NCBI RefSeq assembly: GCF_006345805.1
Contig: NC_043008.1
Location: forward strand, 74,772,001-74,836,000
From: Octopus sinensis
Taxonomy: Eukaryota
Length of the DNA stretch: 64,000 nt
Reading direction: 5' to 3'
Within the stretch, counting starts at the first letter, position 1; every line of letters starts with the position of its first letter. A model generated the notes under the pieces. The model was not told the DNA's origin. It searched no databases and saw only the letters and a list, made by a program, of their open reading frames with translations. This document shows, piece after piece, positions 48,201 through 61,479 of the stretch. The translations under genes and the position numbers were made by a program.

Positions 48201-49094
48201 GAGTCTTTGCTGCTAACTGAATAGACCAAAGGTTGAAAATGATAGTTTCAATTATTTTAATTAATCTTAGTTCTCCCAATTTCATCTTTTCTGATACTCT
48301 TACACAAGTGTATATTCCAAGTATACTGAGCATTCATATCCAGTTCTTTGTATATTCCTTAGTTTAGTATTCAATTACCCCATTATTGTTGCCATGTAAT
48401 GGTTGGAAATGGTAGAGACAGACTGTATGAGACTTCTAAGTTTGATGTTATTGATGTTTAGATTGAACTTCTGTCAGTGAATACTTGCAAGGGAAACTTA
48501 TGCCTATCTGACCTGTCAACTTTCATCCTCTTCCAGTTTATCAAAAGTAGAGACAGCTGTTAACAGTAACCTTCTCCACACTTTAAATCTCTTTCTTTGT
48601 TTCATCACCTCTAATATGACAATCCTTTCTTCATCACCAACAATATGGTAATCATTCCTTCATCATCTCCAATAAGGTAGCTTTCATAAAGTCAGTTCTC
48701 CAGGAACTCGTTCATGGCACCTCTTTTTCATACCACTGTCATCATTAAAGAAAGATCCCACTTCTATCACAGAAGACTGTGAAAGCCATAGGAACAACTC
48801 CTACCTCATAGTGACTGTGAATGCCATCTCCACAACCTCTTGCTCTATGCCAAACGAAACTAAAAAGCATTCTGGAAAGAAATGATATAGAAGGGTGTGG
48901 GGAGTATTTGTTAATTAGATTTTTTGTTACATCTGGTTATTATGAAGTTGATTATGATTGTTATGAAGCTTGTGGCTGTTATAAAAATATAACTATCCCG
49001 TACAGTTGACTACTTGTATACATTCCCTCCATGCAGTTTGCAGCCTTTGTACAATTTATTTATGATTCCAATGTATTCTGATGTTACACATATT

Positions 49095-49235
49095 GCTCTC
49101 AAATTTTGGCACAAGGCCAGCAAGTTTTGGGGATGGGGTAATTCGATTACATTGATCCCAGTGTTTAACTTGTACTCATTTTATTGGCCCCAAAAATGGA
49201 TGAAAAGCAAAGTCAACCTCAATGGAATTTGAAGA
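49095..49235 (-). mobile_element. SINE family C 3' fragment
   Basis: GATCCCAGTG.TTAACT.GTACTCATTTTATTG.CCCC...GGATGAAA.GCAAAGTCAACC. Confidence 0.65.
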
Positions 49236-50022
49236 TGTTACACAACATATTAAGAAGTACTGAGTGTATACTAGTTTGGTGTAGGAAACAATATTCTAAT
49301 TAAAACTTTAATATTTGTTTTGTGAGATTGTTTTAGATTTCCTGATGTCTAATAGTGATCCTGTGTTTCATGTTTTGATACTATAATGTTCTCGTCAGCT
49401 TCTATAATCATAACAAGTATTGGTTAAATATTGGGGAATAGTTTCTTGGAAATGTGTGGGATAAAATGAAGCAATCAAATAAGAAGGAACCAAATATTAA
49501 TCTTTTGAATTTACAGCAGAAAATTAATTGGAAATTTGAAAGCAATGGAAGAACAAGTTTTAGATAAATCAGTAAATAATCTAAAATATCAATGGGTTAC
49601 ATAACCTGACCTGCAGATAGGTAATGACTTGCAAACAGTTGTCAAGTGTTTACAGAAGGATTTCTAAAAGTCTTTTGATAAATATTTATCTCCTCAAGGT
49701 CTACTACAGGAAGATTAAAAAACTGCAAACTTGTTTAGCTTGATATCATAACTGATTCAAAAGACCTATGATGAAAGAAATTATAGCCATGATCATCTAT
49801 TTAGTCTTCATGTAGATTTTGAACCACATTACCCAATATAATCTAACTTTGTGCCTTTCTTCTGGGATCAAATCTTGCTTTGGTGAACTTTGAATTTGCA
49901 TATTTCTAGGTTTGCTAAAATAAGTAGCCATAGTATTTTGGAGTCAGTTCAGTCACTTACTCACCTCATAATTATTTGTTTTTAGATCTTTATACTGCTT
50001 CATGATGATAGTTTGAATTAAC

Positions 50023-51955
50023 TGTCATGCGTGGGAAATGAAAAGAGATTCACCTACCTTCGTCTCTGGTCTGTGCCTGTCTAGTAGTAGTCACTCTGGT
50101 GATCCTGCCCTACCCTGTCACCCACTATAAGCAGCTGCTATTTGACCAACCCGGGAGTGAATTCTGGGTAAGAAGAAGCCAACCCTCTTCTGTCTCCCCC
50201 ACATTTCCATTCTCATGCTTCCTCTTCCAGTCAATCCCTTGACCATTGATGTCATGGCCCTCTTCTTCTGGCTCATCCCCACATGCCCCACTGATCTCAA
50301 AGATCACATCCTCACTTTACTCCATGTCGAAATCTACCACCCACCCACCCAGGTGGGTGCCTTGCACATTGTGATCTTCTTAAACTGGGAACCTCATTCT
50401 CCTCTTCTCCACAATCATCCAACAAAGTGACAATCCTACGAACATCCAAGACATGACACAGCATTCCATCCACAAAAATGTTGTTTTTGGAATTGACAGC
50501 CATCACTTTTCTTCTGTTCCACTGAGTTGTGCAGCATGCCTCTGGTGGCTTGACCCAGACTTCATCTCCCATCTCCACAAAGTTGGACCCTCTCTCTTCT
50601 ACAGGGCATCTCGATGGCTTACTTGGATGTCACCGTTCATATTTGAATATCGCTGTATGTGGCATGGACTCTTAGGCCTAGCCTGATTGGGCTGATATGT
50701 TGTACCAGAACACTACTTCCAGCAGTGAGACATGTCCTCTCTCTGCCATGGCCTTGATCGTTTGATGATATCTCTCCATGATCCCATTTCCACTCGGCCT
50801 ATATGCTGCTCTGAAAAACTGGTGCACTTTCCACATGTCAAGCATCTCTTTCAACACCTCCGAATGAAATGCTGTGCTGTTGTCCATCAGCAATTCATCC
50901 ACAGGTCCCTGCTCTAAGAGTACCTCATTTAGAATATGTGCCATCTCATCCACAGTGCCTGCCCTTAATTCCCTCCAAATGGCCATCCGGCCTGGCTCAC
51001 AGTCAGCCATCAAGAGATATGTCCCCTGCCAGTAGTGTGTTACATCCACTGCCAGCCGTCTCCAGTTGTGCTCTACTGAAATGTTTCCGTGGTCATGCAC
51101 ACCTGGAGTGGGGTTGATGGATTGACACCTGTCGTTGTTCCCGACCACCTTTTGGACACTCTATCTGGTAACATCAGTGTCAATCCTTCTGGTGAGATAC
51201 ATAGTTCTATCCATGCCCATATGATGCATGGCTTGCAGCCTCTTTAGCATATTGTGGAGTCGTTTAACTGACACACCGCAGCTACCCCTTGCTTTGATTC
51301 TTCCGGCTCCCCTAACCAGGCCTTTTTTACCCTGGTTAAAGCAGTTGCCTTGTTTCTCTCCAAAGACACAAAGACCACATTCAACGTCAAGCCAAACTTG
51401 CAATTCAGCTCCCTAGAATCCCCAGGTGGCACTTCACTAGCATTTCCACAGCCCCTTTGGTTTGCACCCTCTTCTTGTCAGTGATCACTGATCCTACCAA
51501 GCCAAGCATGATAGCCAAATCTATCTGGATTTTGATGGAGCAACACCCCCATTTCAGGCAAAATTCACTCCCTTCAGCACTGCATCCAACTTGGTGACAT
51601 TGATGTGGTTGTAGTCATCTGCTTTTTATAACCAGGTGGCATCCTCCACTTTCATACCTCCAATTTCCAACACAAACCATATCATGATGCTGCTAGCATT
51701 ACACCCGTTATCTGATTTGGGTACATGCCAGTTCCCTCTAACTGGGTCTTCTGCTCTCATCCTCTCCAGTCTCCTCTCCCATCTTGTCACTCCAGTTCTC
51801 CCCTTCTGCTCATCTTTTGGTGTAACTGTATGCTGTATGTGGCCACGCTGCAATCAGGTAGTGACCTACTAATTTCTTGCACATCAAGAACAATTCTCTC
51901 CTGCTGATGCTGGTACCCAGTTCCAGGATAAGTGGATAGTTCAGTTGATAAAACT
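50023..51955 (-). mobile_element. Ty3/Gypsy LTR retrotransposon 3' half: RT thumb, RNase H, integrase, possible short 3' LTR (50023-50120)
   Basis: LSRRELFLMCKKLVGHY; C(D)ASSI...LEIGGMKVEDATWL..ADDYNHIN..LDAVLKG; HHMGMDRT; WRRLAVDVTHY...DELLMDNSTAF...YRPSGNGIMERYHQTIK; VWVKPP. The order is RT-RH-IN. Confidence 0.9.
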
Positions 51956-52619
51956 AATGCTTATCATCAAAACCATAAAAAAAATTCACCATGATTATCT
52001 TTGAGATATACATGAGGTAATGACATAAAACTAATCTTATATTGTGGAAAATGAGATTGCTTGAAAGTTCATCACAAGTTGATAGAAAATAACTGGTTGA
52101 GAAGTCGGTGAATAAGATTTGGTAGGATGGTATTATAATAGTTTTGGTAACAGTTTTAGAAATTTACAAACTGTTAACTTGAAATCTATTGGAAGATAGC
52201 TGTATTACCAAGTAACCAACCAACCAATCAACCACCATACACCTTTACACCAAGGAAGAAATGTATAGAATACAGGTATGGTGATGTCTGTAGATGTTTT
52301 TTATTCAATTCTTGTGGGTAATCATACCTAAAGATATAATATATACACACTATTTTATTAAATCTGAAAAAATCTTCACAAAGTATTACTCAGAGTTTCA
52401 CATTATCATTCATCAGGCAGTTGATGAATGGTCATTTTTTTCTACATTGTTTTGCAACTACGTACTTACTTGTGTGTGTGTGCATGTATGTTTATACACA
52501 CATACACACACTCAATGACACTCAGTGACTGAAGCAAGTAACAGGTAAAAGGTATATGTTCATGATGATGATGATATATATATATCAAATATGCTGTTGA
52601 AGTGCATTCAATAACCTGT

Positions 52620-52690
52620 GGTTAGAAGATCTATCTATCTATCTATCTACATATCTACCTACCTACCTACCTACAAACATACACAAATAC

Positions 52691-52738
<48 letters not shown>

Positions 52739-53263
52739 TCATTATCATCATCATCATTTAACTTCCATATCAACATTTGAAATTTCTCAGAGATTCATTA
52801 CACAAATTTTTCATGCCAAAAGCAATTTTTAATTTAATTGATTTTGTAAATATTTTATTCTTTACATTTTTCTTGTACTGGTGGATGACATATTTGCTCT
52901 ATCATGGATCTTTCAGGCCATTTGCAGGTCTCTCTCTCTCCTCACCTTCTCTTTCTATTACACACACACACAACACTAAGAGCAATTAGGATCAAATACC
53001 AAGTTGTGTGACTTTTGTTAAAAAGAAATGAAAGGTTATCTAAATATCAAAACTATGATGACATAAAAATAAACCCCAAATTGAATTTCTTCTTTCAAAT
53101 CTTGCTTCTGGTCCAGCATTTGTTTAATGAAGCTGTGAAATGTAGAACTGTAATATAATTATGTAACACACATGCTTGTGTACATTCTATTCATGTGTGT
53201 GTGTATGTATGTATGTATGTATATATGTATGTATGTATGCATCTATGTATGTATGTATATATG

Positions 53264-53306
<43 letters not shown>

Positions 53307-53404
53307 GTGTGTGTGTATATGTATGTATGTGTGTGTGTATGTATATATATATATATATATATGTGTGTGTTGTGTGTGTGTGTATATGTGTGGGTGTATA
53401 TATA

Positions 53405-53454
<50 letters not shown>

Positions 53455-53458
53455 ATAT
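52620..53458. repeat. (TCTA)n/(TA)n and (TATG/TA/TG)n microsatellite fields
   Basis: Direct reading. Two blocks, 52620-52740 and 53185-53458. Confidence 0.85.
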
Positions 53459-53676
53459 ATGAACGGGTGCAGAAAAGTTCCTGGCTTTAAGGGTATCACT
53501 AACTGCCTGGTTGGAGGCCCAACCTTGCAAGTTCTTTTACAGAGCTTAGAAAAACTGAAGGACCACTGCAATAGGTGTGTGAATCTGAGAGGGGAATATA
53601 TGGAATGAAATCGTAATTAACTGATCCTCCTGTATGTTCTTTTACTCAAAATCACCAACTTTTCAGCACCTCCGTG
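53459..53676 (+). mobile_element. mariner-derived MITE with both TIRs
   Basis: ACGGGTGCAGAAAAGTTCCTGG ... CCAACTTTTCAGCACCTCCGT. Internal remnant LEKLKDHCNRCVNLRGEYME*. Confidence 0.85.
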
Positions 53677-54224
53677 TGTGTGTGTGTCTACACACACATA
53701 TATACATGTGCTATTTTTGTATAACTTTATATATTACTATTTCTCCCTTGTTGCCCTTCTGCATACTGGTATTTCCCTATCATCTGCACCCAATCCCTGT
53801 TCATCATTCTCTATATCAATATCTACCTCCATCTGTTTACTCCCACCTCACAGTCTTATGGAAACATCCATTCTTTCATCCCTTCCCATAATGCACTATC
53901 CATGTCCATTCATATGTTCACCTTGTTCCTAGCACCCCATCACTTCCTTCCTTTTATCTCCTTCAGCCATGTATCTCTTCTATAGCAAGACACCTGTGTT
54001 TGCCCCTCTCTCATACTGTAGCCTTTCAACACCTGACATATGACCACCCACTTCAACCTTCTGCTCCCAAATACTTCCTTTTGGTAGTGGGAGCAGTCGC
54101 CCTTTCCTTTTCCTCTGTTCTTTACTGTCTTACAAAGTACATGATAATCTTAGTAGGGCTGATGGCACAAAAAGTAAAAAGCACCTAATACATTCTGCAA
54201 AGTGGCTGACATTTGGAAGGGCAT

Positions 54225-54350
54225 CTATCTATGGAAACCATACCAAAGATGACATTGGGACTTGATGCAGCTTTGCAGCTCACTAGTTCCTGTCAAATTG
54301 TCCAACCCATGCCAGCATGGAAAGTAGACATCAAATGATGAGGATAATGA
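54225..54350 (+). mobile_element. RTE 3'-tail copy
   Basis: GGAAGGGCATC...TCCAACCCATGCCAGCATGGAAAGTAGACAT.AAATGATGA. Confidence 0.6.
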
Positions 54351-54372
54351 TCTGTTCATATATATACACACA

Positions 54373-56712
54373 CAGTGGTACCTTGACTTACGAGTTTAAT
54401 TTGTTCCGTGATGAAGCTCATAACTCAAATTACTTGTATGTCAAATCAATTTTCATCATTGAAATGAATTGAATCCATTCCAAACCCCACAAAAAAAAAA
54501 AAAACACCACATTTTTTTTGTTACATGTTTTTAAATAAGAAAAATGTACTTATAAATAAAGGATATTATATAAAAAACAATACAATAGAATGTACTGAAA
54601 TAAACTGGTTTTATTAAGTATAATGTACAGCATTTATCTTGGGGATCAGACAGCTTGATGATGCTGATGGAGGTGGAGGAGAAAAGCTAAACTGAATAAC
54701 TGAATCTTATTCGCTGATTTGCCCTTTTCGCCACGCTTTCCTCACTTTCATCTGCAGGAGTTTTTGATAAAAACCTGTCCACTGAGGTTTGTTTCATCTT
54801 CCCTTTCAGAATGTTTCTGAAATGAGTTAGGCAAGTGTCGTTAAATAGCACTGTTGCATGCCCAGTTGCAACTTTTACAAGGTGTTTCTTTTGAATAAAG
54901 TCTGAAAATTTCTCCCACATTCCCAACATTTCCTTTATCGCACTTGTAGAAATAACCTACTCTACCTCCTCTGTGTCACCTATTTCCTGCAAAATCTCTG
55001 TGTGCTGCTGCATCTGTAGCTCCTTTAACTCCTCCCTTGTCAGTTCCTCAGAATGCTCCTGGATGAACTCGTTGATGTCACCTTCATCCATGTGCAGGCC
55101 CATGGACTTGCCAAGGGATACAATCTCCTCCACCACTGCTGATTCGGGTTTGAGTCTTTCAAAGTCCATTTCAGACACAAACTCAGGCTACAGCTTCTTC
55201 CACACAGAGGTTGAGGTTCTCTTTGTAACAACCTGCCAGGCCATATTGATAATTCAGAGACATACCACGATGCTATAGTAGTCCTTCCAGAACTCTTAAT
55301 GGGTGAGGTTTATGCTTCCTGTTACCTCAAAGCAGTAGTGGAACAGGTTCTTGGAGAAAAGCTTCTTGAAATTAGAAATCACCTGCTGGTTGCAGGACAG
55401 GGGATGGTGTTGGGTAGAAGGTAGAGAACCTTTATAAACTAGAACTCTTTGAGGATATCTTTGAAGTTAGGTCGGTGAGCAGGTGCATTGTCTAGGAAAA
55501 GAAGGGCTCGCAAGGTAGGTTATTTTCCTGGAGATATTTCTTAATGTCAGGACCAAAGACAAAATTCACTCACTCCACAAAGAACTGCCAGGTGACTCAT
55601 ATCGTGGGGTTTGCCCTCCAAATAACCTGCAGTTTTTCTTTCAGAGTCTTATGTGACTTAAAGGCTCTTGGGTTTTCAAATGATAAACAGCTTAATCTTG
55701 CAGTTGCTTGCATTGGCACACAGTGCAAAGGTTAGCCTATCCTTCGTGGGTTTGTGACCTGACATCCTCTTCTCCTCTGCCATTATGTCCTTCTTGGCAT
55801 ATTCTTCCAAAAATATCCTGTCTTCATCACAAATGAAGATTTGCTTGGGAATGTATCCTTTGGCTGCTATAATTCCAGCAAAAGTTTTTAAGTAATCCAC
55901 AGCTACCTTCATATCAGTGCTTGCTGCTTCACCATACCTGACAAGAGAGTGAATACCAGTCCTCTTTTTAAAACTCTTGAACCATCCTTAACTGGCTTTA
56001 AACGGCTCACCTGATGCCTTGACCATACAAGTGCCTGGGGTAAATAGCTCGTACCTTCACACAGATTAAAAACTCCATCATGGTATCTCCTATGAGCTGC
56101 TTCTCTGTCAACCACATCATCAGCAACTTCTCCATAATTTCAATGATAAATGTCCGCTATTTTAATGTCCTTAGCTGGTGTTATAGCCTTTATCGACTCC
56201 TCCTGCTTCAGTGTGGTACAGATCATAGAAGTGCTACGCTCGTACTGCTTCGCCAAGTCAACTATGTGCACACTTTAGTCATGTTTTTCAAAAAATTCTT
56301 TCTTTAATTCAATGCACATCAGCCACTTCTTCTTCTGAGCACTGTCCTTCAGACCCATGGTTGGAGAAACAAAGTTTTGTTAAATAACTGCAAGCACAAT
56401 TGTGAGCACAACACTGATGTTTCAGTGCAACGACCAAGTAAGCATTTCATCACCTGTCTCGCTAATGACTCATTAAAGATCTTCGCAATTGCTAATGTGC
56501 ATATCTGTCTAGCTATTGAGTAAGACAATGGATGCTGGGCAGATGTTATGGCATTCACTGTGGCGTTTGCTATGCCAACTAGCAGTGGGGTATCTGAAAC
56601 TGGCTCGTAATCCAAATTTTAGCTTGCTAGTCAAAGCAAAAAATCGGCTGAGAGACGGCTCGTTTACTGCAAAATTCATTAGTTGAGACACTCATAAGCT
56701 AAGGTACCACTA
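54373..56712 (-). mobile_element. pogo/Tigger transposon, full length (~2.3 kb), transposase pseudogenised
   Basis: TIRs CAGTGGTACCTTGACTTACGAGT / ACTCATAAGCTAAGGTACCACTA. Motifs FKASKGWFKSFKKR, IFICDE, GHKPTKDRLT..LCANA, LDNAPAH and MKQTSVDRFL. Confidence 0.93.
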
Positions 56713-57044
56713 TCTATCTATATATAAATATATATATATATAGGAAATAAAATGAAAATGCACTGAGGTTGTATAAAAAGATTCATTTATAGCAATACAT
56801 TTTACCAATTTCACATTTCTATGATTTTCAAAAGTGTAAGATTTGAAGGAGATAGAATAAAGACTAGCAGACTATTTTAGGCAAAGATTTGCTGCTACCC
56901 ATGCATGCTGATCCTTCACATCTTCAAGCCAAGTAAATGGCCACTAACTTGGGCCAATACAATTTTATATTGTTGTTGCAGGCTTTGCTGTCAGAACTGA
57001 AAAGATTTGGAACAAAGTATGTCATCCAACCCTTTAAAAGTTCT

Positions 57045-57275
57045 TATTTCTTTATTGCCCACAAGGGGCTAAACATAGAGGGGACAAACAAGGACAGACA
57101 AAGGGATTAAGTCGATTGCATCGACCCCAGTGCATAATTGGTACTTAATTTATCAACCCCGAAAGGATGAAAGGCAAAGTTGACCGCAGCGGAATTTGAA
57201 CTCAGAAAGTAAAGTCAGACGAAATACCACTAGGCATTTTGCCTGGCGTGCTAATGTTTCTGCCAGCTCACCGCC
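57045..57275 (-). mobile_element. Young SINE family C with target-site duplication
   Basis: Complete GGCGGTGAGCTGGCAGAAAC head to AATAAAGAAATA tail. Flanked on both sides by (CC)TTTAAAAGTTCT (57031-44 and 57274-87). Confidence 0.93.
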
Positions 57276-57490
57276 TTTAAAAGTTCTGTTAATCTAACAC
57301 CCTAGATTGCTAGATCATTATCAATGAAATGTAAAATTAATCTTGGTGATATTTGAACTTAGTGTGCAGAGATTCAGAACAAATACCATGGTGTATTCTG
57401 TTCAGGGCTTTAACAACTCTGTCAGTTTGCCATCTTACATGTACATATATATATGTGTGTTTGTGAACATTATCATATATCATATATGTA

Positions 57491-58406
57491 TATAGGTGTG
57501 TTCAAAAAGTATTCAACTTCAATTTTACTCACCAAAACTAATGCTATGTGGGCAAAATCCTCTGGGTGAAAGGTGGCACCATCCTTCCTGTGAATGTGTG
57601 AAAATTTTCATACCAGTAGGCTATATCAAGATCTGGCTGTTACACCTGTAGTATGGATGAATAATGTACACTCATCGGATTTTCACTGAATGCTTTGAGC
57701 AGAGATATTGTATCAAGTTTTGTCAAAAGTTTAGTGATACTCAAGCTCAAAACCATCCAGAAGATTCAGCAGGCCTTTAGTGATGATGCCCTGAGCAAAC
57801 CTCAAATCAGTGAGTGGAACAACCATTTCAAACATGGCTGCACCTCGGTGGAGAGCCAGGCATGCTCAGGCAGGCCATCCACAAGCTGTAATAAGGAGCC
57901 TTTTGTGAAGGTTTGGTGAATAGTTATGAAAACCATCCTGTAACAATTCAGGAAATTACTCATGCAGTAGGAATAAGCACAGGACCAGTGCATTCCATTT
58001 TAAAGGAGGATTTGTGTATGCAGAAAGTGTCAACCAAATTTATCCTCAAGGTGTTGGTGGAGAAGTAGAAGCATCTCTGCATGGAAATCACTCAGGACAT
58101 GCTGAACTGTGCAAGCCATGAACCAGACTTTATGAAGACTGTCGTCATTGGTGATGAAACTTGCATTTATGGTCTCTATTCAATGCATTTGGTCATTTTG
58201 CATAAAAATGAAAATCTGATGAGCATGCACTATATGTCCGTACTCTAGGCTTAATACCACAAACTGACACCACAGCCTACCAGCACAAAAGTTTTCATGT
58301 AGGCACAGGAAGGGTGGCATCACCTCCTACTCAAAGGATTTTGCCCATGCACCATTAGTTTTAGTGGGAGAAAATAAAGTCAGATGCTTTTTGAATGCAC
58401 TTTGTA
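57491..58406 (+). mobile_element. mariner 5' half closed by an inverted copy of its own left end (~200-bp arms)
   Basis: EQRYCIKFCQKL...QKIQQAFSDDALSKPQISEWNNHFKHG...SGRPSTS, VSTKFI.K.L and VVIGDET. Then 58200-58406 is the reverse complement of 57491-57690. Confidence 0.85.
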
Positions 58407-59019
58407 TGTGTGTGTGTGTGTGTGTGTGTGCATGCATGTGCAAGCATTATCATAGCAATTGCCCATCTTTTTCCTGGTATCAAACATCGTAGCAGAATAA
58501 GAATTTGCCAGAACTTCACCAGGGGATTATATTCTTTATTCACACTATTCAATAAAGAAAAATTAAGTACAAGAAAATACAAAAACATAAAAAAGAAACC
58601 ATATATACTGTAGAACATGGAAAACTATATCTACCATGATTTATCAGAGATGTAAATAACTTTCCAAAAGCACTCTAACATTCAAAAATTAAAAATGGAA
58701 ACTAATTTAAGTTTGAATGATGAATATGACAGTATGATATTGATGATGTTGGATACGATATCATTGAGAATAACAAAATATAATGAATAGGTATGAAAAC
58801 TCAGTGGATATGAGAAATGCAAAAATATATTCAAGGAATATTTAAATCCAGTGTAATTGATATTTGGCATATTGTTGAGTGAAATTGAATTCACACCTTA
58901 AATACTCTATATGACAATGTGTATCTTCTGGTATCCTGAAAGATTTAATTTCGAGCGAAACACACACATGTATGCATACATACATATATACATACACACA
59001 CACACAAACACATGCACAC

Positions 59020-59270
59020 ATCATCATCATCATCATCATCATCATCGTTTAACGTCCGTTTTCCGCGCTAGCACGGGTTGGACGGTTTCGACCGGGGTCT
59101 GGGGAGCTCGGGACTGCCCCAGGCTCTAGTCTAGTCTGGCAGTGTTTCTACAGCTGGATGCCCTTCCTAACGCCAACCACTCCGCGAGTGTAGTGGGTGT
59201 TTTTTACGTGCCACCTGCACAGGTGCCAGAGGGGTCTGGCATCGGCCACGTTCGGATGGTGCTTTTTTTA
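59020..59270 (-). mobile_element. Young RTE 3'-tail copy
   Basis: (CAT)n-CGTTTAACGTCCGTTTTCCGCGCTAGCACGGGTTGGACGG...CAGCTGGATGCCCTTCCTAACGCCAACCACTCC. CpGs are intact. Confidence 0.88.
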
Positions 59271-59274
59271 TGTG

Positions 59275-59940
59275 GGGGGTGTGCAGAAATAGGGGAGCAC
59301 CAGTGGGGAGGGGTGGTTCAGAGAAATGATGACAGGTTCTAGGCAAGTAGAACGTAGGTTATCGAGAGAGGGGTAATGCATGGTGAAATAGCGTATTGAA
59401 GAGGGGGGTTCGAAGAGTAGACACCTATAATGGTGGTGGGAGAAGCGACATCCGGTATAGATGGAGCAAAATATAGAGATATCCGGTATTGGTGGTGGTG
59501 GTGGTGGTGGTGGGCAGGGCGAGTGCACCGCGAAGATACAAAGTTTGATTTTCGACGAATGAAGATAGATAGATAGATAGATAGATAGAGAAATTAGATA
59601 GATAGAGAAATTTGATAAATAGTTAGACAGATAGAGAAACATAAATAAATGGTAGCCGAAGTGAAAAATTAAGCATTCAACTTATCTGCGCTCAGGACTA
59701 CGGCTTGTAGATGGATGAGAGAGTGAGAGAGAGAGAGAACATATGTGTATTAGAGGGGACATACTTCAAGATGGCGCGAAGATACGAAGATTGATTTTAG
59801 ACGAATGAAGATAGATAGATAGAGAAATTAGATAGATAGAGAAATCTGATAAATAGTTAGACAGATAGAGAAACATAAGAGGGAGTATCCGGTGTAGATG
59901 GTGAGAACAGTGTTCACCGGTATTGGTGGGAGGGCGGGCG
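59275..59940. repeat. Purine-rich leader of the satellite with an internal ~110-bp duplication
   Basis: CGCGAAGATAC.AAG.TTGATTTT.GACGAATGAAGATAGATAG...GATAAATAGTTAGACAGATAGAGAAACATAA at ~59528 and ~59775. Confidence 0.75.
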
Positions 59941-61444
59941 CACCGCGCATTGGGAAAAGATGAGGTTTTTAGGCGGCAGAAAGAAGACAGGATTGAGATG
60001 AAATGCTTTGTGGTGGTGTGAATAAGTTTTTGTGAGTGAAAGTTTTTATGCTTCAGCTAGCATTTGAGACGAAAGACAACGATATGGGAATACAATAATA
60101 ATAAGGCTTGCAAAAACAATGAAAAGAGGAAACAGGTCGGGGAACTTAGCTGATGTTTTTTTTTTTTTCTTACTGCGGTATTGGCTAAGCCTGTGGAAGC
60201 GAGTGAAGGTGAGATATATACCGAGAGAGAGAGAGAGAGAGACATAGTGACACCGCGCATTGGGAAAAGATGAGGTTTTTAGGCGGCAGAAAGAAGACAG
60301 GATTGAGATGAAATGCTTTGTGGTGGTGTGAATAAGTTTTTGTGAGTGAAAGTTTTTATGCTTCAGCTAGCATTTGAGACGAAAGACAACGATATGGGAA
60401 TACAATAATAATAAGGCTTGCAAAAACAATGAAAAGAGGAAACAGGTCGGGGAACTTAGCTGATGTTTTTTTTCTTACTGCGGTATTGGCTAAGCCTGTG
60501 GAAGTGAGTGAAGGTGAGATATATACCGAGAGAGAGAGAGAGAGAGACATAGTGACACTGCGCATTGGGAAAAGATGAGGTTTTTAGGCGGCAGAAAGAA
60601 GACAGGATTGAGATGAAATGCTTTGTGGTGGTGTGAATAAGTTTTTGTGAGTGAAAGTTTTTATGCTTCAGCTAGCATTTGAGACGAAAGACAACGATAT
60701 GGGAATACAATAATAATAAGGCTTGCAAAAACAATGAAAAGAGGAAACAGGTCGGGGAACTTAGCTGATGTTTTTTTTTTTTTCTTACTGCGGTATTGGC
60801 TAAGCCTGTGGAAGCGAGTGAAGGTGAGATATATACCGAGAGAGAGACAGAGAGAGACATAATGACACCGCGCATTGGGAAAAGATGAGGTTTTTAGGCG
60901 GCAGAAAGAAGACAGGATTGAGATGAAATGCTTTGTGGTGGTGTGAATAAGTTTTTGTGAGTGAAAGTTTTTATGTTTCAGCTAGCATTTGAGACGAAAG
61001 ACAACGATATGGGAATACAATAATAATAAGGCTTGCAAAAACAATGAAAAGAGGAAACAGGTCGGGGAACTTAGTTGATGTTTTTTTTCTTACTGCGGTA
61101 TTGGCTAAGCCTGTGGAAGCGAGTGAAGGTGAGATATATACCGAGAGAGAGACAGAGAGAGACATAATGACACCGCGCATTGGGAAAAGATGAGGTTTTT
61201 AGGCGGCAGAAAGAAGACAGGATTGAGATGAAATGCTTTGTGGTGGTGTGAATAAGTTTTTGTGAGTGAAAGTTTTTATGCTTCAGCTAGCATTTGAGAC
61301 GAAAGACAACGATATGGGAATACAATAATAATAAGGCTTGCAAAAACAATGAAAAGAGGAAACAGGTCGGGGAACTTAGTTGATGTTTTTTTTCTTACTG
61401 CGGTATTGGCTAAGCCTGTGGAAGCGAGTGAAGGTGAGATATAT

Positions 61445-61479
<35 letters not shown>

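Noticed and set aside
47759-48202. 147-aa + strand ORF as an intact membrane-protein gene
   Set aside because: No recognisable family and no splice or promoter context. An equally protein-like minus frame overlaps it, so it is kept only as an unidentified remnant.
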